Made by a program: the position numbers and the translations under genes. A model generated the notes under the pieces. The model was not told where the DNA came from and searched no databases. It worked only from the letters and a program-made list of their open reading frames with translations. Positions 1 through 9,520 of a DNA stretch of 64,000 bases are shown here, piece after piece (position 1 is the first letter of the stretch; every line of letters begins with the position of its first letter). The DNA is from Actinomycetes bacterium (GTDB lineage Bacteria; Actinomycetota; CALGFH01), in the NCBI GenBank assembly GCA_036003705.1, contig DASYSE010000102.1:4965-68964 (forward strand), written 5' to 3'.

Positions 1-1
1 C

Positions 2-1513
2 CCGACCCGTGCCTGGCTGACCGCCTTCGCCTCCCGGCTCGCCCCCTGGGCGCTGCCACTGCTCGCCGGGGCGGTCGGGGCCCTGCTGGCGGTCACCTTT
101 CTGGCCCGCCAGGAGGTCACGGTCGGCCCAGCCAGCCTGCGGCTGTCCGCCGGGCCGGCCCTGACCGGGACCAGCCGGCTGGCCGCGCCCCCGTTCGGAT
201 CGGTCTCGGCCCGCACCCACCGCGGCCCGCTGGCCTTCAGGGCCACCATCGACGACATCGACGTGCGCCGCCTCGGCCGGCTGCTGGAGGGCAGCCCCGG
301 TCCCGACCCCGGCGGCCCCCGGCTGGTCGAGCTGGAGGCCACCCTCGGCACGCTGGAGCGGCAGGCCCGGCGGGCGGCCATCGGATTCGTCCTCCAGATC
401 GCCGGCCTCGGCCTCGCCGGCGGGCTGGCCGCGGTGGTGGTGTTCCCAAGGCGGACACGGCGGCGGCTGGTGCGCTGCGGGATCGGCGGCGTCCTGACCA
501 CCGTGCTGCTGCTCGGGCCGGCCCTGCTCACCTACGACGTCGGCGCCTTCCGCGAGCCACACTACGAGGGCGCCCTCGAATACGCTCCCGCCCTGATCGG
601 CGACGTCCGGACCGGCCTCGACCGGCTGCGCACCCTGCGCGAGGAGATGGTGCTGATCGGGCGGAACCTTGACCGCGCCTACGCCGCCCTTGCCGACCCC
701 GTCGGCGATCTCGACAGCAACGGCGCCGTCCGGGTCCTGCACGTCTCCGACATGCACCTGAACCCGGCCGGGTTCGACCTGGCCGAGCGGCTGGCCGACC
801 AGTTCGACGTGGCCGCGGTGGTCGACACGGGCGACATGGGCACCTGGGGGCTGCCGAGGGAGCCGCAGATCGCCGCCAACATCTCCCGCTTCCAGGTCCC
901 CTACCTGTTCGTCAAGGGCAACCACGACGACGCCGACATGGTCAACGCCGTGGCCGCCAACAAGAACGCCCGCGTGCTGGATGGCACGGGGGTCGAGGTC
1001 AAGGGGATCCGGTTCTTCGGGGTCGCCGACCCGACCTTCACCCCGGGCAAGGGCGGGCAGGTGGAGCAGTTCGAACAGCTCAAGGTCCAGCGGAGCGTCG
1101 CCGTGGCCGACGCCATCGAACGCCAGGCCCTCCGACCGCACGTGTTGCTGGTCCACGACGGGCGGCTGGCCGCCTACGCCCGCGGCCACGTGGCCACCGT
1201 GCTCGAGGGCCACCTGCACCGCTTCGGCACCGAGGTGGTCAACGGCACCCGGACCCTGATCACCGGGACAACCGGCGCGGGCGGCCCCGACAACTTCCGG
1301 GCCGAGGATCCGCCTCCCTCCGACGCCCAGGTCCTCTACTTCGACGCCGAGACGCACCGGCCGGTCGCGGTGGACCGCATCACCGTCCACCTCCCCGAGT
1401 CGTCCTTCTCGGTCGAGCGCCTGCTGCTGCCCGAGGGCGATACCCCATTCGTGCCCGACCCGGTGAAGGTCCCGCCGGAGCTGCGGCAGGAGCCCGGCGC
1501 CCTGAACGGGTAG
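2..1513 (+). CDS. Membrane-anchored metallophosphoesterase (calcineurin-like phosphoesterase), 5'-partial. The frame is open from window position 2, so the N-terminus lies upstream of the window
   Basis: Frame 2 has no stop from nt 2 to 1513. Hydrophobic segments (AAIGFVLQIAGLGLAGGLAAVVVF, VLTTVLLLGPALL) are followed by phosphoesterase motifs VLHVSDMHLN, DTGDMGTWG and KGNHDD. The ORF track lists only the 263..1513 part. Confidence 0.6.
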   Translation, partial: PTRAWLTAFASRLAPWALPLLAGAVGALLAVTFLARQEVTVGPASLRLSAGPALTGTSRLAAPPFGSVSARTHRGPLAFRATIDDIDVRRLGRLLEGSPGPDPGGPRLVELEATLGTLERQARRAAIGFVLQIAGLGLAGGLAAVVVFPRRTRRRLVRCGIGGVLTTVLLLGPALLTYDVGAFREPHYEGALEYAPALIGDVRTGLDRLRTLREEMVLIGRNLDRAYAALADPVGDLDSNGAVRVLHVSDMHLNPAGFDLAERLADQFDVAAVVDTGDMGTWGLPREPQIAANISRFQVPYLFVKGNHDDADMVNAVAANKNARVLDGTGVEVKGIRFFGVADPTFTPGKGGQVEQFEQLKVQRSVAVADAIERQALRPHVLLVHDGRLAAYARGHVATVLEGHLHRFGTEVVNGTRTLITGTTGAGGPDNFRAEDPPPSDAQVLYFDAETHRPVAVDRITVHLPESSFSVERLLLPEGDTPFVPDPVKVPPELRQEPGALNG

Positions 1514-1625
1514 CCCGCGGGGTGGAGTGGAGTGGAGGGACGGCCTTCGTCCCTCGTGTCCGGCTTCGACGAGGCTGATCCCTATTTTCCCTGCTCAATG
1601 GCCCCTCTCCGTGGCTGTAGATGCA

Positions 1626-1667
1626 TTGACGGTGGGTAGAGGGTGGAGTAAAGTGGCGCCAAGTGGA
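1626..1667 (+). promoter_or_regulatory. Candidate dcw-cluster promoter with overlapping MraZ-box-like direct repeats. -35 TTGACG (1626-1631), 17-bp spacer, -10 TAAAGT (1649-1654). (A)AGTGG repeats at 1632, 1643, 1653 and 1663, with 10-11 bp spacing
   Basis: Seen directly: ttgacg-N17-taaagt, and GTGGG/GTGGA/GTGGC/GTGGA at ~10-bp intervals immediately upstream of the mraZ start. MraZ is known to bind arrays of short direct repeats spaced one helical turn apart in its own promoter. Confidence 0.5.
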
Positions 1668-1689
1668 GGGGCACGGGGAGGGAGTGGCG

Positions 1690-2133
1690 GTGTTCATCGG
1701 CACCTACGACCACTCCCTGGATCCAAAGGGCCGGGTGATCCTCCCGCGCAGATTCCGCGACGAGCTGGGGCAGGACATGGTCATCACCAAAGGTGTCGGC
1801 AAGGAGCGCTGCCTCTATGTCTTCCCGCAGGCCGAGTTCGAGGCCTTCGCGGCCAAGCTCCACAGCCAGCCCCTGACGGCCCGCTCGACCCGTGACTTCG
1901 CCCGCATGTTCGTCGCCGGGGCCAGCCCCGAGAGCGCCGACTCCCAGGGCCGGGTCGTGATCCCGCAGCCCCTCCGCGAGTTCGCCGGCCTCACCAAGGA
2001 CGTGGTCCTGCTCGGCCAGATCCGGCGGGTCGAGATCTGGGACAAGGCGGAGTGGGAGCGCTACCGGGCGGTCGCCGAGGCCGCCTACGCCGACGAGACC
2101 AACGCCGCCCACCTTGCCGAGCTGGGGATCTGA
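1690..2133 (+). CDS. mraZ: Transcriptional regulator MraZ
   Basis: VFIGTYDHSLDPKGRVILPRRFRDEL... shows the duplicated MraZ fold signature. GTG start at 1690 is preceded by the GGGAGGGAG RBS. The ORF track's upstream start (1663) lies inside the repeat array. The stop overlaps the rsmH ATG (ATGA-type overlap). Confidence 0.9.
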   Translation: MFIGTYDHSLDPKGRVILPRRFRDELGQDMVITKGVGKERCLYVFPQAEFEAFAAKLHSQPLTARSTRDFARMFVAGASPESADSQGRVVIPQPLREFAGLTKDVVLLGQIRRVEIWDKAEWERYRAVAEAAYADETNAAHLAELGI

Positions 2134-3116
2134 TGGTGTTGACGGCGCCAGCGCACCAGCCGGTCATGCTCGACCGGGTTGCCGAGCTGCTCCGGCCCCG
2201 TTCCGGGGGGGTCTACCTCGACGCCACCCTCGGCCTCGGCGGCCACGCCGAGCGGCTGCTGGAGGCCAGCGCCCCCGACGGCCGGGTCATCGGGCTGGAC
2301 CGGGACCCGGCCGCGCTGGCCCTTGCCCGTCAGCGCCTCGCCTGGGCGGGGGACCGGCTGACGGCCGTCGCCGCCTCCTTCGCCGACCTGGCCGAGGTGG
2401 CCGACCGCCTTGGGCTGGCCGCCGCCGACGGGGTCGTCTACGACCTCGGGGTGTCGTCGCTGCAGCTGGACGAGCCGGACCGCGGCTTCAGCTACCGGGC
2501 CGACGCCCCGCTGGACATGCGCATGGACCCCACCACCGGGATCACCGCGGCCGAGGTGCTCGCCACCTACCCGCGGGCCGAGCTCGCCCGCGTCCTGCGC
2601 GAGTACGGCGAGGAGCGGTTCGCGGGCCGCATCGCCCGCTTCGTCGACGAGGCACGCCGCCGTGCCCCCATCACCACCACCGGCCAGCTCGTCGAGCTGG
2701 TCAAGGCGGCTGTGCCCGCAGCCGCCCGGCGGACCGGTCCCCACCCGGCCCGCCGGGCCTTCCAGGCCCTGCGCATCGAGGTCAACCACGAGCTGGACGC
2801 ACTGGAGGCCTCCCTGCCGCAGGCCGTCGAGCTGCTCGCCCCCGGCGGGCGGCTGGTCGTGCTCGCCTACCACTCCCTCGAGGACCGCATCGTCAAGCGT
2901 GCCCTGGCCGACGCCGGCGGCCGCCCGGTCGAGGGGCCCCCACGCCTTCCCGTCGACCTTCCCGCCGCCAGGCCGGCCAGCGTGGCCATCCTGACCCGCC
3001 GGCCCGAGACCCCGACGCCGGCCGAGGTGGCGGCCAACCCGAGGGCCGAGAGCGCCAAGCTGCGCGCGGCCGAGAAGCTGCAGCCAAGCACCGAAGCCCG
3101 AGGGGGGCAGCCATGA
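2133..3116 (+). CDS. rsmH: 16S rRNA (cytosine1402-N4)-methyltransferase RsmH (MraW)
   Basis: MVLTAPAHQPVMLDRV...YLDATLGLGGHAE...GRVIGLDRDP...DGVVYDLGVSSLQLD matches the SAM-methyltransferase RsmH family. The ATG at 2133 overlaps the mraZ stop. Confidence 0.9.
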   Translation: MVLTAPAHQPVMLDRVAELLRPRSGGVYLDATLGLGGHAERLLEASAPDGRVIGLDRDPAALALARQRLAWAGDRLTAVAASFADLAEVADRLGLAAADGVVYDLGVSSLQLDEPDRGFSYRADAPLDMRMDPTTGITAAEVLATYPRAELARVLREYGEERFAGRIARFVDEARRRAPITTTGQLVELVKAAVPAAARRTGPHPARRAFQALRIEVNHELDALEASLPQAVELLAPGGRLVVLAYHSLEDRIVKRALADAGGRPVEGPPRLPVDLPAARPASVAILTRRPETPTPAEVAANPRAESAKLRAAEKLQPSTEARGGQP

Positions 3117-3610
3117 GCACAGCCACCGGTCCCGCGCGCTCGGCTCCACGCCAGGCGCTCCGCCCCCAGCTCCCGAGGCTGCGTGCCGTCGCCCCGATCA
3201 GCCGGGTCCCGCGGCTCCCGTTCCTGCTCCTCACCCTCGGCTTGATCGTCGCCGGCGTGTTCGGCCTGGTCGCGCTCAACGTCAGCGTCAACCAGCAGTC
3301 GTTCCAGATCAGCGAACTGCAGAAGGACAACCGGCTGGCCGAGGCCCGCTGGACCGCCCTGCAGGCCGACGTCGACCGGCTCAAGGCGCCCGCGCGCATC
3401 GCCAAGGCGGGCAAGGCCGCCCGGCTGGTCCCCGCCGGCCGGCCGCGGGTGGTCGCCTGGCCCGGCTCGACGTCGCGTGGCCGAGATGTGGCCTCCCCGG
3501 GGGCGGCGACTTCCCCCGCTGCCCCCGGGGCCGGCCTCGCCAGAGGCGACGACTCCGGCTGGACCGCCGGCGACCCGTTCCCGCTCAAGCGCTACCTGGC
3601 CGAACCCTAG
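3113..3610 (+). CDS. ftsL: FtsL-like cell-division membrane protein, with a single TM helix and an Ala/Pro-rich tail
   Basis: The position between rsmH and ftsI is conserved in dcw clusters. It has a TM segment LPFLLLTLGLIVAGVFGLVALNV followed by a coiled-coil-like QISELQKDNRLAEARWTALQADVDRLKAP. The ATG at 3113 overlaps the rsmH stop. Confidence 0.55.
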   Translation: MSTATGPARSAPRQALRPQLPRLRAVAPISRVPRLPFLLLTLGLIVAGVFGLVALNVSVNQQSFQISELQKDNRLAEARWTALQADVDRLKAPARIAKAGKAARLVPAGRPRVVAWPGSTSRGRDVASPGAATSPAAPGAGLARGDDSGWTAGDPFPLKRYLAEP

Positions 3611-3679
3611 TCCGCCGGTCCGACGGGGGATCCGGGGAACCCCGAAGGGTGCCCCGGTGAACCGAGAGGGGGGAAGCAC

Positions 3680-5449
3680 ATGCCGCAGCGCGGACGGAAG
3701 CGGCCGCCGCCACGCCGTCGGCCGCCGCCGCGGCCGCGGCGGCGGCGCCGGGTCAACGGCCGCCGCCGGCTGCTCGCCCTGCTGATCCTGAGCGTGCTCG
3801 CCTTCACGGCCATCTCCGGCCGGCTGATCGTGCTCCAGGTGCTGGACGCGGGCTCGCTCGACCAGGCGGCGGCCAGGCAGCGGACCACCGTCATCAAGCT
3901 CCCCGCCACCCGCGGACGCATCTTCGACCGCAACCTGGACGACCTGGCCCTCTCCGTCCCGGCAAGGGCCATCTACGCCGAGCCCCGCTTCATCCGTGAC
4001 AAGCGGCGCACCGCCGGCGAGCTGGCCAGGGTCCTTGGGATGTCACGGGCCGACATCGCCAGGCGGCTCGCCTCCGGCAGCTGGGTGTACGTCGCCAGGC
4101 GGGTCCCCAAGGCCAGGGGCGACGTCGTCCAGCGGATGAAGCTGCCGGGCATCGGCGTGATGGTCGACGTCGCCCGCCGCTACCCCTCCGGCAGCGTGGC
4201 CGCCCAGGTGCTGGGCTTCGTCGACGTCGAAGGCCGCGGCCAGGCAGGGATCGAGCAGCAGTACGACGGCCTGCTGCGCGGGCACCCGGGCAGGATCCAG
4301 CTCGAACGGGACCCGAAGGGCCGGGCCATCCCCCAGGGCCACCGCTCCCTCGAGCCTGCCGAGCCCGGCACCGACCTGGTCCTCACCATCGACCAGCACC
4401 TCCAGTACGTCGCCGAGCAGTCCCTGCAACGGGCCGTCCGCCAGCACAAGGCCAAGGCCGGCTCGGTGGTGGTGATGGTCCCGCGCACCGGCGAGGTGCT
4501 GGCCATGGCCAACATGCCGACCTTCGACCCCAACCGGGTCTCCCGCAGCAAGCCCGAGGCCCGCAAGAACCGCGCCGTCGCCGACGTCTTCGAGCCGGGC
4601 TCGACCAACAAGACCATCACCGCCGCGGCGGCGCTCCAGGACGGCGTGGTGACGCCGAGGACGGAGACGATCGTCCCCGACAACGTCCCGCTGTGCCCGG
4701 AGAAGACCTTCCGCGACTCCCACTCCCACGCCCCGGAGCTGATGACCTTCGCCGAGATCGTCGCCAAGTCCTCCAACGTCGGCACCATCATGACGGCCAG
4801 GCACCTCGGGCCCGAGCGGCTGTACAAGGCCGAGCTGGACTTCGGCTACGGGCGCAGGAGCGGCGTCGACCTGCCGGGGGAGTCGCCGGGCATCGTCCGC
4901 CCGGTGCAGAGCTGGTACTGCACCGACCTTGGGACCAACGCCATCGGCCAGGGCGTAGCCGTGACCGTGCTGCAGATGGCAAGCGTCTACGCCACCGTCG
5001 CCAACAACGGGGTGCTGCGGTCGCCGACCCTGCTGCGCGGCACGGTCGACGCCCGCGGCCACCTGGCCAAGGCCGAGCGCAAGCCGGGTCGCCGGGTGCT
5101 GTCGGTCCGCACCGCCCGCACGCTCTCCCGCATCCTGGAGGGCGTGGTCAAGGACGGCGGCACCGGCACGCTGGCCGCGCTGGAGGAGTGGCGGGTGGCC
5201 GGCAAGACCGGCACCGCCCGCAAGCCCGACACCCGGCGCGGCGGCTACCGGCAGGGCGCCTACGTCGGCAGCTTCATCGGCTACGCCCCCGCCGAACGGC
5301 CGGCCGTCGTGGTCGCGGTCGTGATCGACGAGCCGACCAGGGGCTACTACGGCGGGGCGGTGGCGGCGCCGGTGTTCAGGGAGGTCGCCGGCACCGCCCT
5401 GCGCCGCCTCGGCGTGACGCCGACCTTACCGGCCAAGGCGGTGCGCTGA
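3680..5449 (+). CDS. ftsI: Class B penicillin-binding protein, a septal peptidoglycan transpeptidase (FtsI/PBP3-like)
   Basis: N-terminal TM, then a transpeptidase domain with GSTNK (SxxK), SxN and KTGTA motifs. GAGAGGGGGGAAG RBS precedes the ATG at 3680. Confidence 0.9.
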   Translation: MPQRGRKRPPPRRRPPPRPRRRRRVNGRRRLLALLILSVLAFTAISGRLIVLQVLDAGSLDQAAARQRTTVIKLPATRGRIFDRNLDDLALSVPARAIYAEPRFIRDKRRTAGELARVLGMSRADIARRLASGSWVYVARRVPKARGDVVQRMKLPGIGVMVDVARRYPSGSVAAQVLGFVDVEGRGQAGIEQQYDGLLRGHPGRIQLERDPKGRAIPQGHRSLEPAEPGTDLVLTIDQHLQYVAEQSLQRAVRQHKAKAGSVVVMVPRTGEVLAMANMPTFDPNRVSRSKPEARKNRAVADVFEPGSTNKTITAAAALQDGVVTPRTETIVPDNVPLCPEKTFRDSHSHAPELMTFAEIVAKSSNVGTIMTARHLGPERLYKAELDFGYGRRSGVDLPGESPGIVRPVQSWYCTDLGTNAIGQGVAVTVLQMASVYATVANNGVLRSPTLLRGTVDARGHLAKAERKPGRRVLSVRTARTLSRILEGVVKDGGTGTLAALEEWRVAGKTGTARKPDTRRGGYRQGAYVGSFIGYAPAERPAVVVAVVIDEPTRGYYGGAVAAPVFREVAGTALRRLGVTPTLPAKAVR

Positions 5450-5485
5450 TGCTAGGCTTTCGCGGGCTGCCCCCCCTGCCAGGGA

Positions 5486-7063
5486 ATGGCGGTCGCTAGC
5501 GGTCGCCGGCGTTCCCGCCGCCGGCAGTCCGAGCCGACGATGCGGGCCTCGAAGTTCATGACCTTGACGTCCCGGCGCGTCCCGCTCGCCAGCCTCGCCC
5601 CGGCCGTCCAGGGCGAGGTCCGCGGCTACGCCGGGACGGTGGTCACCGAGGTCGTCCTCGACACCCGCAAGGTCGTCGCCGGCGCGCTGTTCTGCTGCGT
5701 GCCAGGGGCCAGGGTCGACGGTCACGACCTGGCCGGGAAGGCCCTGGATGCCGGCGCGGCCGCCCTGTGCGTGCAGCGGCCGCTCGACCTGGACGCCCCG
5801 CAGCTGCTCGTCGGCGAGGTCCGGGAGGTGCTCGCCCCGCTGGCCGACGCCTTCTTCGACCATCCCTCGCGCCGCCTCGACCTGGTCGGGGTGACCGGCA
5901 CCAACGGCAAGACCACCACCACCTTCATGCTGGAGGCGATCTTCCGGGAGGCCGGGCGCATCCCGGGCGTGCTCGGCACCGTCGAGGTCCGGGTCGGGGA
6001 CCAGCGCCGTCCGGCCGTCCACACCACCCCGGAGGCGCCCGATCTCCAGCGCCTGCTGGCCGAGATGGCCGACTCGGGCGTGGAGGCCGCCGCCATGGAG
6101 GTGTCCAGCCACGGGCTGGCCCTGCACCGGGTCGACGGCACCCGCTTCACCGCGGCCATCTTCACCAACCTCACCCAGGACCACCTCGACTTCCACGCCG
6201 ACCTGGACGACTACTTCCTGGCCAAGCGGCGCCTGTTCACCGCCGCGTTCACCCCGCTGGGGATCGTCAACCTCGACAGCCCCCATGGGCGCCTGCTCGC
6301 CGCACAGCGCGAGGTGGCCACGGTGACCACCGGCACCGCCGCCGACGCCGACTGGCGGGCCACCGACGTCGCCGCCTCGCTGGACGGCGCCAGCTTCCGG
6401 CTCCGGTCCCCGGCCGGGTCGCGGACGGTCCGGCTGCGGCTGGCCGGCCACTTCAACGTCGCCAACGCGCTCGGCGCCCTGGCCGCGGCCGACGCCGTCG
6501 GGATCGAGCTCGACACCGCCGTCGCCGGACTGGAGGCGCTGGCCGGCGTGCCCGGCCGCTTCGAGCGGGTGGACGCCGGCCAGCCGTTCACCGTGCTGGT
6601 CGACTACGCCCACACCCCGGACTCGCTGGACAACCTGCTCCGGGCGGCCAGGGCGGTCACCAGCGGGCGGCTGATCGTGGTCTTCGGCTGCGGCGGCGAC
6701 CGCGACCGGGCCAAGCGCCCGCTGATGGGAGAGATCGCCGGGCGGCTGGCCGATGTGGCCATCGTCACCTCCGACAACCCCCGCTCCGAGCCTCCCGAGG
6801 CGATCGTCGACCAGATCGCCGAGGGCGTGGCGCGCGGCGCCGGCGCTGGCGGGTTCCAGATCGAGGTCGACCGCCGGGCCGCCATCCGGGCCGCCCTGGC
6901 CATGGCCGGGCCGGGTGACGCCGTGCTGCTTGCCGGCAAGGGCCACGAGCAGGGCCAGGAGTTCGCCGGCGGCCGCAAGGTCCCCTTCGACGATCGGGTG
7001 GTCGCCGCCCAGGAGCTGCGGGCGCTGCAGGGAGCTCCCCGCCGGACCGGGGGGGAACGATGA
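5486..7063 (+). CDS. murE: UDP-N-acetylmuramoyl-L-alanyl-D-glutamate--2,6-diaminopimelate ligase MurE
   Basis: VTGTNGKTTTTFMLEAIF P-loop, a Mur ligase central and C-terminal domain, and DTRKVVAGALF. An alternative in-frame ATG at 5540 is possible. Confidence 0.9.
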   Translation: MAVASGRRRSRRRQSEPTMRASKFMTLTSRRVPLASLAPAVQGEVRGYAGTVVTEVVLDTRKVVAGALFCCVPGARVDGHDLAGKALDAGAAALCVQRPLDLDAPQLLVGEVREVLAPLADAFFDHPSRRLDLVGVTGTNGKTTTTFMLEAIFREAGRIPGVLGTVEVRVGDQRRPAVHTTPEAPDLQRLLAEMADSGVEAAAMEVSSHGLALHRVDGTRFTAAIFTNLTQDHLDFHADLDDYFLAKRRLFTAAFTPLGIVNLDSPHGRLLAAQREVATVTTGTAADADWRATDVAASLDGASFRLRSPAGSRTVRLRLAGHFNVANALGALAAADAVGIELDTAVAGLEALAGVPGRFERVDAGQPFTVLVDYAHTPDSLDNLLRAARAVTSGRLIVVFGCGGDRDRAKRPLMGEIAGRLADVAIVTSDNPRSEPPEAIVDQIAEGVARGAGAGGFQIEVDRRAAIRAALAMAGPGDAVLLAGKGHEQGQEFAGGRKVPFDDRVVAAQELRALQGAPRRTGGER

Positions 7064-8445
7064 TCCCGTTCACCCTGGACGAGATCGGCGGGGTGACGGG
7101 TGGGCGGCTGGTCGACGGCGACCCGACCGCGACCGTCACCGGGGTCGCGGTCGACTCCCGCGAGGTCCGGCCGGGCGACCTGTTCGTCGCCCTGCCGGGC
7201 AGCCGCACCGACGGCAGCCTGTTCGCGGTCGCCGCCGCGCAGGCCGGCGCGGTCGCCACCATGGCCCCGGCGGGCATGGTCTTCGCCGGGCCCCGGGTCG
7301 AGGTCGCCGACCCGCTGGCCGCCCTCGCCGCCCTCGGCACCGCCGTCAGGGACCGGTCGGCGGCGACGGTGGTGGCGGTCACCGGGTCCAACGGCAAGAC
7401 CACCACCAAGGACCTGCTGGCCGCCGCGCTGGCCACCCGCCTGCGGACGGTGGCCAACCGGGCGTCGTTCAACAACGAGGTCGGTCTGCCCCTGACGCTG
7501 GCCCGGATCGAGCCCGACACCCAGGCGGTGGTGGTCGAGATGGGCGCCCGCGGGCCCGGCCACATCGCCGCCCTGGCCCGCCTGGCCCGGCCCGGCGTCG
7601 GCGTCGTCCTCAACGTCGGCGAGTCCCACCTGGGGATGTTCGGGTCCAGGGGGGCGATCGCCAAGGCCAAGGCCGAGCTGGTCGAGGCCCTCCCGGCCGA
7701 CGGCACCGCCGTCCTGAACGCCGACGACCCCCAGGTGGCCGCCATGGCCGACCGGACCGTCGCCCAGGCGATCCTGTTCGGCCTCGGCCCGACCGCCACC
7801 GTGCGGGCCGACGGGGTCGAGCTTGACGGCGACGGCGCCGCCCGGTTCCTGCTCACCACGCCGGCCGGGACCGCCCCGACCGTCCTGCCCGCGCCCGGCG
7901 AGCACCTGGTCGGCTGCGCCCTGGCCGCGGCCGCCGTCGCGCACGTCCTCGGGGTCGGGCCGACCGACGCCGCCGCCGGGCTGGCAGGGGCCAAGCTCTC
8001 TCCGATGCGCATGCAGGTCCTGCGCCGGCCCGACGGGCTGACCATCGTCAACGACGCCTACAACGCCAACCCGTCGTCGATGGCGGCGGCCCTCAAGACC
8101 CTGGCCGCGCTCGGCCGGCCGGGCGGGCGCACCGTTGCCGTGCTCGGCGAGATGGCCGAGCTGGGGCCGAGCGCGGCCGACGAGCACGACCGCATCGGCC
8201 GGCTGGCCACCCGGCTGGGCATCGACCGCCTGGTCGGGGTGGGGGAGCTCGGCCGGGTGCTGGTCAACGCCGCCCGCATGGAAGGCATGTGGCCGGAGGA
8301 GGCCGAGGCGGTCACCGACCCCGAGGCCGCCGTCGCCCTGCTCACCCCGACCCTCGGCCCGGTCGACGTCGTCCTGGTCAAGGCGAGCCGGGTGGTCGCC
8401 CTCGACATGGTCGCCGACGCCCTCCTGCAGCCACGGGGGGCATGA
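7060..8445 (+). CDS. murF: UDP-N-acetylmuramoyl-tripeptide--D-alanyl-D-alanine ligase MurF
   Basis: VTGSNGKTTTKDLLAAAL and Mur ligase domains. The ATG overlaps the murE stop. Confidence 0.9.
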   Translation: MIPFTLDEIGGVTGGRLVDGDPTATVTGVAVDSREVRPGDLFVALPGSRTDGSLFAVAAAQAGAVATMAPAGMVFAGPRVEVADPLAALAALGTAVRDRSAATVVAVTGSNGKTTTKDLLAAALATRLRTVANRASFNNEVGLPLTLARIEPDTQAVVVEMGARGPGHIAALARLARPGVGVVLNVGESHLGMFGSRGAIAKAKAELVEALPADGTAVLNADDPQVAAMADRTVAQAILFGLGPTATVRADGVELDGDGAARFLLTTPAGTAPTVLPAPGEHLVGCALAAAAVAHVLGVGPTDAAAGLAGAKLSPMRMQVLRRPDGLTIVNDAYNANPSSMAAALKTLAALGRPGGRTVAVLGEMAELGPSAADEHDRIGRLATRLGIDRLVGVGELGRVLVNAARMEGMWPEEAEAVTDPEAAVALLTPTLGPVDVVLVKASRVVALDMVADALLQPRGA

Positions 8446-8446
8446 G

Positions 8447-9520
8447 GTGGTCGGCATCCTGATCGCGGCCGCCGTCGCCCTCGCGCTCGGGCTGGTGGGG
8501 ACCCCGCTGGCCATCCGGACCTTCCGTCGCCGCGGCCTCGGGCAGCTGATCCAGATCGACCTGCCCGACGCCCACCAGACCAAGCGTGGGACCCCGACCA
8601 TGGGCGGGGCGGTGATCATCTTCGGCGCGGTCGCCGGCTACCTGGTCGTCCACCTGTTCAGCCGCGGCCGGGTCCCGTTCACCCCGGCCGGCGTGCTGGT
8701 GGTGCTCACCATGGTGCTGCTCGGCACCGTCGGCTTCGTCGACGACTACCTGAAGATCCGCAACCAGCGCAGCCTCGGCCTGACCAAGACGGCCAAGTTC
8801 GCCGGCCAGGCGCTGGCCGCGATCATCCTCGGCGTCGGCGCCTGGTACTGGGCCGACGCCTTCAGGGGCATCTCCTTCATCCGCCCCCTCGGTGGCACCG
8901 AGCTGCACCTGCTGCTGTTCCTGATCTGGGTGTTCCTGCTGGTGTCGGCCACCTCCAACGGGGTCAACCTGACCGACGGCATGGACGGGCTCGCCTCGGG
9001 GTCGACGGTGCTGGTGGTCAGCGCCTACGTGGTGATCGGGTTCTGGCAGTTCCGCCACCTGTGCGGGATGCCGCTGGACACCCCCGGCTGCTACCGCTTC
9101 CCGGCCGGCGAGTCGCCCCAGGACCTGGCCATCGTCGCCGCCGCCATGATGGGCGCGACCGCCGGGTTCCTGTGGTGGAACGCCCCCCCGGCCCGCATCT
9201 TCATGGGCGACACCGGCTCGCTGGCTCTCGGCGGCACGCTGGCCGCCCTTGCCCTGTTCACCAACACCCAGCTGCTGCTGGCCGTGCTCGGGGGGCTGTA
9301 CGTGGTCGAGACCCTCTCGGTCATCCTCCAGGTGGCCTCGTTCCGGGTGCTCCACCGGCGGGTGTTCAAGATGGCCCCGATCCACCTGCACTTCGAGCTG
9401 TCGGAATGGCCGGAGTTCACCGTGATCGTGCGGTTCTGGATCCTGGCCGGGCTGGCGGTCGCCTTCGGGCTCGGGCTGTTCTACGCCGAGTTCCTCGCCG
9501 CCGGAGGCACCGGTGGCTAG
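8447..9520 (+). CDS. mraY: Phospho-N-acetylmuramoyl-pentapeptide transferase MraY
   Basis: Polytopic membrane protein with MraY motifs (DDYLKIRN, NGVNLTDGMDGLA, FMGDTGSLALGG). In-frame GTG at 8447, directly after the murF stop. The ORF track's 8135 start overlaps murF. Confidence 0.9.
   Translation: MVGILIAAAVALALGLVGTPLAIRTFRRRGLGQLIQIDLPDAHQTKRGTPTMGGAVIIFGAVAGYLVVHLFSRGRVPFTPAGVLVVLTMVLLGTVGFVDDYLKIRNQRSLGLTKTAKFAGQALAAIILGVGAWYWADAFRGISFIRPLGGTELHLLLFLIWVFLLVSATSNGVNLTDGMDGLASGSTVLVVSAYVVIGFWQFRHLCGMPLDTPGCYRFPAGESPQDLAIVAAAMMGATAGFLWWNAPPARIFMGDTGSLALGGTLAALALFTNTQLLLAVLGGLYVVETLSVILQVASFRVLHRRVFKMAPIHLHFELSEWPEFTVIVRFWILAGLAVAFGLGLFYAEFLAAGGTGG

Noticed and set aside
2085-3149. 354-aa - strand ORF antisense to rsmH
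   Set aside because: Typical high-GC antisense shadow ORF. The product is low-complexity Gly/Ala/Arg/Pro with no motifs, and rsmH on + is unambiguous.
2114-3610. 498-aa + strand ORF spanning rsmH to ftsL
   Set aside because: The first ~330 codons are an alternative frame of rsmH (Arg/Pro/Gly-rich GC-shadow translation). Only the last 166 codons (from ATG 3113) form the FtsL-like gene.
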